DNA of 64,000 bases, from the NCBI GenBank assembly GCA_977018835.1, contig OZ361259.1, positions 4,154,001 through 4,218,000 on the forward strand, written 5' to 3'. Each line of letters starts with the position of its first letter. Position 1 is the first letter of the stretch. The stretch comes from Minutocellus sp. GHC0000111. Taxonomy: Eukaryota. A program made the translations under genes and the position numbers. Shown here piece by piece: positions 1-10,835 of this stretch. Under the pieces are notes generated by a model. It was not told the origin of the DNA and did not search any database. It saw nothing but the letters and a program-made list of their open reading frames with translations.

Positions 1-3000
1 GACTCGACATCGCCGTTGAAGAGGGAAGAATCGTCAGTGAGGGTTTCATTCATATCATCGATATCATCGGAAGACGATCCCTCCAATTCTAGGCTCGAGG
101 CGGCAACTCGGTGGACTTCCTTGAGAAGTGGCTTGGAAACATTTCCATGAGACGTTCCAGCATCGTCAAATACCTTGGTCAGAGCTACCTTGAGAGCCCT
201 CGTACCGCCCTTCGAAGCTCCTGATTCGTTTGATGCCTCACTAGTCCGTGCGAGCACTTTCCATGCCGTCATGTAACGATTCTTCTGATAGTCACTGTTC
301 CAGTCGATTGTTCTGCCTCCAACCTCAATGACTGGATCAAGCACAACCTCACAAAACAGATCAACAGCCTTGCTGACGCATGTGGTCTCAGCATCAAGGA
401 CCAGCGGAAGAACAGCCTCAGCAAAGGCAGATTCTAGCAGAGATGCCCCGCCCTTGGAATACTGATTCTTGACTAGCGTTGCGAGGGCTTCAGCTGCTGC
501 CTTCCTCGTTGCAACGGACTGATCTCCGCAGAGACGACAGAAAACCACGATATCATCCTGTGATGGACAAGTTTGGGCAAGGCAGCTGGTGGAATCGCCA
601 TCCATCACCAAGAGCATACTGGTCAAACCAGCAATGGAGGCCTTGCGTACCGTCGCTCTCTCATCGCAGGCAGCCCTCTTCCGAAGAGTGGAGATGAGCT
701 GAGGAGCTAGCTTCAATACTGCCTCTTTGAATGGCTTGGCTTCATCTGCTCTGTCTTCTTCAAAGGCTTCCATCTCATCGTCGCTCAAAACGAAGGATGT
801 TTCACTCGCCTTTCCTACACCATCGGTCTTGGTGATACGGGCCAAAGCATCCGATAAAGAGTGGGCGGCGCGGGCACGCACTGCCGGGGCCCTGTCCGAC
901 AATCGGTCATGCAGAGCCTTGAGAAGGGCGACTGGAATGCTAGGCTCAGTCATAATCTCACGCAATGCAGGCGACATAGTGCTAGTGTCCCGGGCACCGG
1001 GGCTGGAAACTCGGACAGACTGGTTGTAGTGCTTCCAAATCCAATCGTCCGATAGGAACTCCCCGATCAACTCCACAGCAAACAGGCGATGGAATGCTAC
1101 CTTGGAATGGCATAGCTGGGTAATGAAGCGAAGGAAGTACGACTGCTCCAGGGAGGGGAAGCGGGGGAGGCATCTCTTGATGATGGAAGTGGCGCGGGCA
1201 CGGACCTGAGCCCGTTCCAGTCCCTTGGCGGTGGCGAGCTTTTGCAGAAGGCCGAGCATTGTGCTCAAAATAGGCCGAGGCTTCTTGACGCTCTCCTCCT
1301 CGGGAGTATCGGCCGGAGCAGGAGTGTAGGCTCGGCTCTTACTCGGCGTCACGGTCTTCTTGAGTGATGGAGGGACGGGCGATAGCAAACCCACCGACTT
1401 GCGACGGGACTTGTGCTCCGTCCTCGGCGTTTTGCTCCCAGCCGCACCAGGGGTCACAGGAGCATCGTCGCCGCCACCCACCGATCGCCTTCTACCAGTG
1501 TGAGGAGTCGTGACTGCTCCGCCTCGAACACGGGGAGTACGACGCGGCCTAGACGCAGCCTTGACGATGGAATCATACTTCTCAATATCATCCGATAACG
1601 ATCCAATGATGCCCTCCAGAACATCCGCGGCAGCATCGTGAGCATTGAGCTTGCCCTTCTGCCCCATTGGTAGCTCAACATGAAGAGAGAGTAGAGGCAA
1701 AAGACCACGGAGGACAAATACGGCAGTTTCCTGGCTGGTCTCCATGGCCCTTTCGGCATCGGCGGCGATTGCAGCAGCACCAGCGGCGGTTGAGCGGTTG
1801 TTGCCGCCGCGGTTGGCAGATCTTGAGGGAGTTTTGGCGAGGGGAGCCTCTGATGAGGCACCGCCTGAAGCGGCAGCGGCAATGGCAGCGGCCGTAGTAT
1901 CGTCCCGAATGACCACACAGGTCTGCAGGGCATGTGACAGAGACTTGGCGGCGGCGTTGCACAGAGATCGGAGCCCACTACCTCCCTCGGCAATCGATGG
2001 AGAGGCAAGGAGAGTACTGGAGCACGCCATGGCGACGGTGACTGCATCCAGGATGGCCTCCTTGGCCTCGGAGGACCAGTTGATGAATTCCTTGAGAATG
2101 GGGACCTTGGCGATGGATAGGGCCAGACGTAGACCTCCTATGACCATCTCTTGCTCGGAATGATTGTTATTACCGTTGGCATTGGTAGAGGCCTGCATAT
2201 CGACCTCGTTGTCGGAATGGTCGTCTTCCTCAAAGTCACTCTCCTCCTCCTCATAGTCGTCGTAATCAGTCTCGTTATCACTGAGCTTGGCCACAACGGT
2301 ACTGCGAGCACTGCGACGGACTGGCTCGGAGGTTTTGGTCTTCTTACCACCACCTCCTCCTCCTCCTCGTCCCTTGGTACCCTTGCGCTTGCGTGGATCG
2401 CCCTTGCGCCCTCTCTTGCTGGACTTGCCCCCGGCGTCGCCCTGTCCACCCCGCTTGCGGGCATTCTTCTTGCCCTTCTTCTTCTTGCTGTTGTTGTTGG
2501 CGTCGTCATCGTCCTCATCGCCGGCACCGGGCTCACGTCCACGGCATTCGAGCGACCATCGTCGGACCAGCGCGCTCAGCGCCGATACGGCGGCTGCATC
2601 GATGAGGCCGGCGCCCCACGCACCGGGCATGGCAATGAGCTCGGCGTAGACACGACCGGCGATCAGACCCAGGCGGGAGATGGTCATGCTCTTCTTGGCC
2701 GGATCGCCGGCAAGTCCCAGGGCCTCCAAATTGGCCTGCTCGTCTTGCGTCGCTGGGAGGAGCGACGAGGCGTCGACTCGGTCGGTGAGAAGTTGGGACA
2801 GAACGGCCGGTAGGTTGGACATGGCCGAGGAGGGGAGACTGACCAGAGCATCACGAACGCCCGCCTTGGTGGGAGATGGAGCGTTGGTGGCGGATGTGGT
2901 CTTGTTGTTGTAGTCCATCATATTGGTACGAATAAAGTCGTTGGAATTGGAATTGTCGTTATTGTTGACATTCTGCTGAGCAGGGGCCAGATTTTCGTCG

Positions 3001-3332
3001 TCATCGTTGGACGCCGACGAAGACGAATTGGCGGCCTTGCTCTTGCCAGATCCGGCGACGATTGAAGCCTCCTGCTCCTGCTGAACCTTTTGAAGGGCAT
3101 CGAGGAGCTTGCCGCAGAGCTGGATCTGGATGGTCTGCTCATCGGGCTGAGAATCGAAATCGTTGATGTCGGTCAGGACCTGCTCGTCGTCGTCACCAAC
3201 ATTGGCTTGATGATCGGGAACGCCGGTATCGAATCCGGTCGACGCAAGCAGTTCTAGCACTGCATGCCGTGCGTCCAAACGCGCTCCCTCGAGCTGGCTG
3301 GTCGCCGGAGCCGGCGCCGTATCGACCTCCAT
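1..3332 (-). CDS. NCAPD3: Condensin II HEAT-repeat subunit CAP-D3 (3' part runs off the window)
   Basis: Minus-strand frame from ATG 3332 (MEVDTAPAPATSQLEG...) appears open to position 1. Motifs ALHDRLSDRAPAVRARAAHSL and FCRLCGDQSVATRKAAAEAL...VLPLVLDAETTCVSKA resemble CAP-D3 HEAT repeats. Confidence 0.8.
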   Translation of the reverse strand, partial: MEVDTAPAPATSQLEGARLDARHAVLELLASTGFDTGVPDHQANVGDDDEQVLTDINDFDSQPDEQTIQIQLCGKLLDALQKVQQEQEASIVAGSGKSKAANSSSSASNDDDENLAPAQQNVNNNDNSNSNDFIRTNMMDYNNKTTSATNAPSPTKAGVRDALVSLPSSAMSNLPAVLSQLLTDRVDASSLLPATQDEQANLEALGLAGDPAKKSMTISRLGLIAGRVYAELIAMPGAWGAGLIDAAAVSALSALVRRWSLECRGREPGAGDEDDDDANNNSKKKKGKKNARKRGGQGDAGGKSSKRGRKGDPRKRKGTKGRGGGGGGGKKTKTSEPVRRSARSTVVAKLSDNETDYDDYEEEESDFEEDDHSDNEVDMQASTNANGNNNHSEQEMVIGGLRLALSIAKVPILKEFINWSSEAKEAILDAVTVAMACSSTLLASPSIAEGGSGLRSLCNAAAKSLSHALQTCVVIRDDTTAAAIAAAASGGASSEAPLAKTPSRSANRGGNNRSTAAGAAAIAADAERAMETSQETAVFVLRGLLPLLSLHVELPMGQKGKLNAHDAAADVLEGIIGSLSDDIEKYDSIVKAASRPRRTPRVRGGAVTTPHTGRRRSVGGGDDAPVTPGAAGSKTPRTEHKSRRKSVGLLSPVPPSLKKTVTPSKSRAYTPAPADTPEEESVKKPRPILSTMLGLLQKLATAKGLERAQVRARATSIIKRCLPRFPSLEQSYFLRFITQLCHSKVAFHRLFAVELIGEFLSDDWIWKHYNQSVRVSSPGARDTSTMSPALREIMTEPSIPVALLKALHDRLSDRAPAVRARAAHSLSDALARITKTDGVGKASETSFVLSDDEMEAFEEDRADEAKPFKEAVLKLAPQLISTLRKRAACDERATVRKASIAGLTSMLLVMDGDSTSCLAQTCPSQDDIVVFCRLCGDQSVATRKAAAEALATLVKNQYSKGGASLLESAFAEAVLPLVLDAETTCVSKAVDLFCEVVLDPVIEVGGRTIDWNSDYQKNRYMTAWKVLARTSEASNESGASKGGTRALKVALTKVFDDAGTSHGNVSKPLLKEVHRVAASSLELEGSSSDDIDDMNETLTDDSSLFNGDVE

Positions 3333-3776
3333 TGTTGATATGGCAAATCGAAATGCCAACGCAACGGCGACTTTGCAACTTTTGCCGTTTTTTTTTGTTG
3401 AGTTTCGTCTTTTCGCCGTCCGGTTTGCACTCCTACGTACGTACGTGTTTGTAGTAGAAAAGTCGAGCCTCCAACCTGCTCCAACTGACTGCACACTACC
3501 GGTACATGTATCTCTATGTAACGTAAACTCCGAGAAAACGACCGACCGAGAGAGACTCGCTATTTTGATCTATGAACGTTTTGGATCGCACTGGCATTGG
3601 GATCCATTGAGAAGATGATGCCTCGCCGCACGCGCGATTCATTGTTGTTCGTTGTTACAAATACTAGTAAATGCAGAAAAAAGTTACCGACCTAGACTCT
3701 ACTTCCCAACTAACGATTCGATTCTCTTCATAATCCCCCAACGCCATGCCATTCCAACAATACAACCCTTGGTCCT

Positions 3777-4589
3777 TCAAGCCTTGGCTGATGCCTCATA
3801 TAGCTCGTTCATGATGCGCTGGAATCGTCTCTTTCGACCTTCCTTCTTTCTCTTCTTGGGACCATCCTCCTCCTCCTGCTTGGTACTACCACTACCACCA
3901 GCAGCAGCAACAAACACCTCCCGCGCTCGCTTGTTCCGTTCACTCCGGCGGATGGCATCCTCCCTCCACTTGGGATTGTCCAGATACTGCCGGCAGTCCC
4001 AAACGATGAGACTTTCCTGCAGATACCGAAAGGCCGGCTCGCCGGGGAAGGCGCCGGGCGTCACCGTCATCTTGCGCTGCTTGGCGGCCCGGACGTTGAC
4101 GGCGCTGGTACCGGCCAGGATCTCGTCCTGACGCCTCTTCTCCTCCCGCAGGGCCCGGTGTCCCTCGCACCCGTCAATGTCGGTGCAGCATTTGATGCAG
4201 GCCAGTTGGGAGCAGGCTGCATACATATTTACGGGGGAGATGTAAGCATTAAAAGGCAATGTTGAAAGTAGGAATGGAACAACGCAATGTAGTACAATAT
4301 AATACGCTCAACACTCCAACACTCATTCAGCTGTGCACTAACTGCTCTTTCCATAGCGCTTCATGCACTTGACGCACTTGGCGGCATCGCCAGGTCCAGG
4401 TCCCTTGCTGCTCGAAGCGGTAGCGGCAGCAGCAGAAGTGCCCTCCACGGGGTCGTCATTATTGGCTGCTGCGTCGGCGACTTGCTGGTTCTGCTCCTCC
4501 GACATCGACACATCCACATCTTGTGCAGGAGCAGCGCCTTCGCTGCCAACAGCAGTACCAGTCGCCGCTGTAGCGTCCGTCGAGTCCAT
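3777..4589 (-). CDS. Hypothetical Cys-rich (putative zinc-binding) protein, 2 exons
   Basis: Exon 1 MDSTDA...KCVKCMKRYGKS, a GT..CAG intron at ~4342-4218, exon 2 CSQLACIKCCTD...CEGH, and a basic KKRKK tail. Confidence 0.65.
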
Positions 4590-4734
4590 GTTGCGGTGGT
4601 TCAAAAAGCAGGAAAAATGAGAACGTGAACGGCGCATGTCAGGCAAAATCACCACGTACTTCTGAGTCGAACAAGTCGAGACAAGGGGATGGGTCGATTG
4701 AGCCCTCATTTCTGTGCTCTGGTAATAAAGCAAC

Positions 4735-5712
4735 ATGAACGCCGTTGTATCTCACGGACTGCGAGCTATTGCTAGGCACCAGAGACAGCTTGGTCGACCC
4801 ACACCCTTTAGGTTGGCAAGTCGTTTGTCATCGACCAGCGCCCAAGATGTATCAGCGATACTGAAGCAAGTCGAAGAGGGCCAGCTGTCGGCATCGGCTG
4901 CCGAATCTCTGCTCACAAGCAGTAGCAGTAGCAGTAGCAGTAGTAGCAAGGCATCATCGGATATGGATGCGCTGGAATCATTTGCAAATCTCGACCACAA
5001 GCGCACGAAACGAACGGGATTTCCAGAGGCGGTATTTTCCGAGGGCAAGACGGCTGCCCAAATTCGAGACATTCTGGACGACATGGCTCACCACGTCAAC
5101 AACGCGGTTGAGAATGGAGATGCCAGTGTGGCCGAGAAGGCCATCCTGGCAACTCGTGTCGACGGCAAGCTGTACGAGGAAATATCAGCAATGCCTCTGA
5201 AGAACGGAACAATCACATATCACGAGACTGCCAATTTGATATCCATGAGAGCATCGTCTCTGGAATCTGAAAAGGGTAGCGACAACGACAACAGTGCCGA
5301 GGCAAAGGAGCGCAACACAGTGGTTGTGGCCTGCGCTGGTACGACCGACTTGCCGGTTGCAGAAGAGGCGGCGCTTACCCTGGAGGCTGCTGGTTGCAAG
5401 GTTGAGCGTATTTATGATGTCGGCGTCGCTGGATTGCACAGAATTATCAATGCTTTGCCTCGACTTCGTGACCCCAACAACAGATGCGTCATTGTTGCTG
5501 CCGGTATGGACGGTGCGTTGCCCAGTGTGGTTGCTGGACTGGTTACGGTTCCAGTGGTTGCCGTTCCAACCAGTGTTGGCTACGGCGCTGCTTTTGGAGG
5601 TGTTAGCGCAATGTTGACGATGCTGAATTCGTGTGCGCCCGGAGTTGGCATCGTTAACATTGATAACGGCTTTGGTGCTGCGGCATTGGCCTTCAAGTTT
5701 GTGAACAATTAG
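4735..5712 (+). CDS. larB: Nickel-pincer cofactor biosynthesis carboxylase/hydrolase LarB (PurE-like) with N-terminal presequence
   Basis: FANLDHKRTKRTGFPEAVFSEGKT, AGTTDLPVAEEA, DVGVAGLHR and AGMDGALPSVVAGL...VPTSVGYG...MLNSCAPGVGIVNIDNGFGAA are LarB/CpmA signatures. The N-terminus is Arg/Ser-rich and lacks acidic residues. Confidence 0.93.
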   Translation: MNAVVSHGLRAIARHQRQLGRPTPFRLASRLSSTSAQDVSAILKQVEEGQLSASAAESLLTSSSSSSSSSSKASSDMDALESFANLDHKRTKRTGFPEAVFSEGKTAAQIRDILDDMAHHVNNAVENGDASVAEKAILATRVDGKLYEEISAMPLKNGTITYHETANLISMRASSLESEKGSDNDNSAEAKERNTVVVACAGTTDLPVAEEAALTLEAAGCKVERIYDVGVAGLHRIINALPRLRDPNNRCVIVAAGMDGALPSVVAGLVTVPVVAVPTSVGYGAAFGGVSAMLTMLNSCAPGVGIVNIDNGFGAAALAFKFVNN

Positions 5713-6020
5713 GTACCGTAGATTATAATTCAAAAGCTAGCGATACAGCGAGATAACTTTGAATGTCAGAATGAAAGTATTTAAAGGACATCAGGGGCTC
5801 CTGAGGACATGAACTATGGCAGCAATGGAATGAATTCAAATACATGTATTATTTCCGGTCGGTACCGGTACGTACCGATAATTTCCCTCGCATTCTTTTG
5901 CGAGCCTTTCCGTGCCGTACCGTTAGGACCAATGACCCATAATTGAGATCGTTCCGTCCGATCCACTCATTTTTCTCCTCGCCTCATCAATGGAATAGGA
6001 ATTCCCAGTCGTAGCACGCC

Positions 6021-8761
6021 ATGGGAACGAATACAATTCCCACTGCAGAGAGTCCGATGGGCGAGGCGTCAACACCTGCTGCCGTTGTTGAAGCTTCTGC
6101 TGATGGTGGCAGGAGCAGTTCTACTGCTGCTACTACAGCTGTGCCAGCACATGCCGCCATGTACCACTCTTGGACCCAAGGCCATTGTCCGTTCGTATTG
6201 CCAACACCGGCTGTACCACCAGCGGAAGAGTATGCACCGGTGGAAAAGTTTGTTGCTGGCTTTGTCGAGTCACTGTTCGCCCCTCCCACTTTGGCTGCGG
6301 CGGCTCAGCAACGTTCTCAGGGGATGCGGGCCATCGGCGGAGTGCTCAGAACGCGGGAGGACCCCGTCATGCTCTTCAAGGTTCTCCTCGCGCTTCGGAC
6401 CGCAGGCCATGGAAGTGTTTTGAGATTGCTCGCATCGGATTCCCGAAAAGCCGACTCCCTTTTGCAGTTAATCTTCGCAGTGGATCCGTTTGTACCACCA
6501 GACACGCTTGTGCAGACGATTGCCAAAGAAATTGAAGATGAAACCAAAGCGAGGTCAAAATCTCCGATTCGTTCTCGTTCCAAATCACCGCCCCCGACAG
6601 AAACAACCCCAGCGAATGTTTTGATTGACCCCGAAAGACTCAAGAAAGACCCCCGGCTGCAGCCATTCTTTTCATTTCAGATTGCAGATGCTCACTTGCA
6701 TCTATTGGTTGCCCTGGCCAGTGCAAATTCAATTCATGTAACCCACGCCGTCTCAGCTATTTGGAAGATGGCTACGCAAGGTCTAGCGGATTGTCCAACC
6801 GAGAGAATCACGAGAGTGCACGCAGCGCTGTACACACTTGTCCGGATATGCCCCAAGGCACAGTCCGAAATATTTCCAGCAATGGCTTCAAATTTCCCAT
6901 TCAAGCTTCTGCCCTGCAACATCCATTTGTGGTATGTCCACCATGTCTTGCGGTTGTGAAATATGTTCCGCAGCTACAGAAGGACGTATTGGAATTGTAC
7001 ATCGATAGATGTCTGGAAATTGATGTTGAGATCAAAATCGAGGATAGTGGAGACGTGAAAATTGATGAAACGAAAGAGGAGAAGGAAGCTGATGCTACAG
7101 TAGACGAATCGGACATTTTTGGTATCGATCTTGATCCGTCCGACGAGACGAAGCAAGGAAAGAAGAATGAGGAGCCGGATCCAATGACAGAGGTTGTAAA
7201 GTCCGTGGACGAAATGGCAGACAAGGTGAGTATTTGTTGAGTTTTTGGTCATTTTATCCTCCGTACAGATGATATCGGTCTGTTGTTCTGCTTTTTTCAC
7301 CCTAGAAGTTTCTATCTCTAAACTACAAATGAATTTTCCTCTCATTCTCCCTGAACCGGGCCTGGACAGCTCGATACACTCATGCTCATCATCTTTCAAC
7401 ACATCGCGATGCTCTCCAAGTCACAAGAAGGAGGGAAAACGCCACAGGAACTGTTTGATATGGTGATGCCAGTATTTGATACAACAATCATGACCACGCA
7501 TCGGTCTAAGTATGTCCAGTTCGTACTCTTCTTGCTTTGTGCTTTGGATTACGAGAAGAGAAAAAGCATAAGAGGCGAGACGACGCCGGACGTTCCCGAT
7601 GACGACAGTCTGTATCGGATATTTACTGGAAAATTGATTGAGATTATGCTAGATCCATTACGAGCTACCACAATGAGACAGTCATCGGCATGTTATTTGG
7701 CTTCATTTCTTAGTCGCTCGAATTATGTCTGCATTGGGACTGTGTGCGAGACTGTTTCGGCTCTCTTGAGCACCGCCGAAGCGTACATGCTCACCTTCCC
7801 TACAGAGAAATCGACCGTCACTGCCTTTCGTGGAATGATAACCCGCAATCAGTGTGAGGCCCATGGTCTCTTCTATACTGTTTGCCAGGCAGCATTTTAT
7901 ATAATGTGCTTCCGAGGCGGCGAGGCGGTAAAGCACTATCGAGCAGCGGTCGCAAAGAACGCCGCCAGTAACGAGGATGCCACCGACGTGGAGGGGACCA
8001 ATATTGGAATAGATCGCTGGTCCAAGTTGTGTAGTCACCACCTCAATCCTCTTCGATACTGTCTTGAAAGTGTACGAGGCGAGTTCCTTCATGTGGCAAG
8101 TGTTCTTGATCTGCTGAAGCCAGCCCTCTTGGAGTCCCTATCCGAAGAAGATAAGAAGCTATCAACAGGTTCGAAAAGACCTAAAAAGGCTCGCCGTTCT
8201 ATCTTAACCCCAGCGCTAATGGCAAAGAAACGAGTCAAGGAGGGAGTCGGTGGCTTAGGCCGAGGATCCAACCCGCTGAATTCGTTTTTCCCATTCGATC
8301 CGTACCTTCTGCGACAGTCCAATATATTTATCGAAAGTTACTACCGGCACTGGAATGGCAGCATCGATGAAAGCTTTGATGAGAATGAGGATGATGTTGA
8401 TGATTCCTTAGAGACCGGTGGCAACGGATATGAGAGTGATGACAGCTCTGATAGCGACGATAGTGATAGCAGTAGCAGCGCGAGTGAAGGGGAACGGATG
8501 GCAATGACTCCTGCAGACGATCAGGCTATGAGTTTAGCATCAGTAGTTTCTATGGCATCAGCAGCAGCGACGGGCAAGGTCAAAGTGATCGACCCACGTG
8601 ATCGCGCCGATAGCGAATTGTCCACAGTGAGCAGCATCAATATAAAGGCTTCTTCAATCCTGCTTCCACCCTCACAAAACAAAGCAGAGGGCACCGGTAG
8701 CGGAAAGAAGAAAAATTCAGGCAGGAGCCGTGCACAGAGTATGGGCACTGACGATTGGTAG
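6021..8761 (+). CDS. RRN3: RNA polymerase I transcription initiation factor RRN3 (frameshift ~6945; intron ~7226-7368)
   Basis: Motifs FPFK..., YIDRCLEIDVEI, THRSKYVQFVLF, SACYLASFLSRS, FYTVCQAAFYIMCFR, LNPLRYC and NPLNSFFPFDPYLL, spread over three ORF pieces. Confidence 0.9.
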
Positions 8762-9442
8762 ATCTAGGTCTATCATAAGATGTTTCCTCAGGCTTTACGG
8801 CTGGATAGTTTTAAAATCATCAATATTTTGTCCTTTACCATTGGTACATGTCTCCTGCAATCCACCCCCTTGACGCGCTCTCCTCTTCTTTTGAGAGGAG
8901 GCCGGCCGTTTCCAGCGCCGCTCGCTTGGAGTTTCTTCACCGTCATCATGATAGACCTGCGCGTCGCACAATCGATTTTTTTCGCTCCTTCGATCGCACC
9001 TCCCAGCCAGAATGTCTGTGAGTGCTGGGTAATAAGTAATCGAACTGCCGATCCACCCCTCTCCCCCTTCGAGCCTTCGCGAGGGACCACGGGAATCTCT
9101 AAATTATCAATCAATCATACGATTATTTCCAGATATATCTTTTGTTGTCGCAAGCCGCTGCGACGCAAAAAGATACTAATTCAAGCTCGACATTTTTAGG
9201 TGACGCCGATTCTACTACTTATGCTCAGTATGCCCACATCGACTCAGGACAACGCCGCCAGCATGGCCTCTGGGCCGGTAAAGGAGCCGAAACCTAGTTA
9301 CCAATCATCCATGGCACGCATTAAGAGCAAGGCGAGGCCGCGCACCCGTACTATTGAGGAACTGATGAAGCGCGCGAAGAGGATTATTGCCCTCCTCGAA
9401 AAGGACTCTCCATTCTTTGGATCCGGCGAAGATGCCACCCGA

Positions 9443-10654
9443 AATTCTTTCTTGTCCTTGATCGTCTGTATGATACCCTCGAAGAGCGAATTGATAAATG
9501 GGCTGATGAGAAGAAACGTCTTAGGGTATGATGGGCATTTTAGGCAAGAAAAAGTATGAACTTCGACACTTGTTTTCTGATAGACTTCTTGCTGCGCTGG
9601 ACATTGCCAGGGCTTTGAAGTATTTGCATGAGAAGAACGTCATCTTCAGAGACTTGAAGCCGGAGGTGAGTTTTATTGTATTGCGCAAGTATGCGATAAT
9701 GTTCAAAGCTGCTGTTTTCTCTTTCTTTTATGTGCCCAGCATCAAATTCGTCAATAACTCATGCCTCTTGTGCTCCTCTCCTCTGCACTTACATGAACAG
9801 AACATTGGATTTGACGTGCGTTTCATTGTATTGCGCAAGTATGCGATAATGTTCAAAGCTGCTGTTTTTTCTTTCTTTTATGTGCCCAGCATCAAATTCG
9901 TCAATAACTCATGCCTCTTGTGCTCCTCTCCTCTGCACTTACATGAACAGGTGCGGGGAGATGCGAAGATTTTTGACTTCGGACTCGCCAAGGAACTGCT
10001 CCCCAGAGATCGAGTTGGGCCTGGTGAATACAAGGCGTCTGGTCTAACCGGATCTCGGCGATGTAAGTGCTTGGTTGTTTGTTTGGTTGGTCTAAGTGTG
10101 ATGTAGCCTACCGATTTATCTTACCTTGCCTTCGCTTTCGTCATTGACAACGAGCAGACATGGCTCCAGAAGTAGCCCTTTGTATAAACTATGGCCTTAG
10201 TGCCGACGTTTTTTCCTACTCCATACTGCTATGGGAAATAATTTCGCTCAAAATTCCGTTTGCAGGTTTTGATGTGAGTGACCCCCTTCTTGCGAGCAGT
10301 GCTCAGCTTCTGGTATCTTTAAAAATCAACCAATAGCGAATAATCGCATTTCCGAACCTGTGCTTTTTCATCCTTCTATTTCACCTCTCTCTTTTATAGG
10401 TTGAGAAGCACGCAGCGGAAGTTGTAAACGGGGGGAAGCGGCCAAAGCTATCCAAGTCTTGGCCAATTTTCATCCGTAAATTGCTCGAATCATGTTGGTC
10501 ACCTCTTCCATTTGAGCGGCCTGCATTTCCGAGTATCTGTGATCTTGTCCGAGGAGAGCTACTTGCCATAGAAGGATCCATATCCGGTAGAGATATCGCC
10601 GATCGATCGAAACATCTTCTAGATAGATCGCATTCTTCCCGGAATGGAGGCTAG
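9443..10654 (+). pseudogene. 5'-truncated TKL-type protein kinase (N-lobe missing, frameshift ~9522), 5 exons
   Basis: FFLVLDRLYDTLEER...YLHEKNVIFRDLKPE|NIGFD|VRGDAKIFDFGLAKEL...GSRR|YMAPEV...ADVFSYSILLWEI|...CWSPLPFERP. No Gly-loop or VAIK subdomains are visible upstream. Confidence 0.8.
9666..9950 (+). repeat. Two near-identical 135-nt spliceosomal introns (9666-9800, 9816-9950) flanking a 15-nt exon
   Basis: Direct comparison shows 3 mismatches in 135 nt. Both run GT...AACAG, and removing both restores RDLKPENIGFDVRGD. Confidence 0.92.
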
Positions 10655-10835
10655 CTCCAGGCGCGCGGAGCGGAGGACAAACAAAGTTTGTATAAAATAG
10701 AACACACTTATGTCACTATACCATACTATACAGTATTGAATGGAGGCATAGCAATTTGATGTCAACAATAACAATGACTGAACTATAAAATTAATTGAGA
10801 GATGATGAACGACAAAAATGCCCTTGAATTGTATA

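Noticed and set aside
479..3142. Numerous short ORFs on both strands
   Set aside because: They overlap the long minus-strand NCAPD3 frame, which the track omits because it has no stop in the window.
9666..9950. 45-aa repeated protein insert in ORF 9528-10106
   Set aside because: These are two stop-free 3n introns read through by the ORF finder; retaining them would disrupt the kinase catalytic loop.
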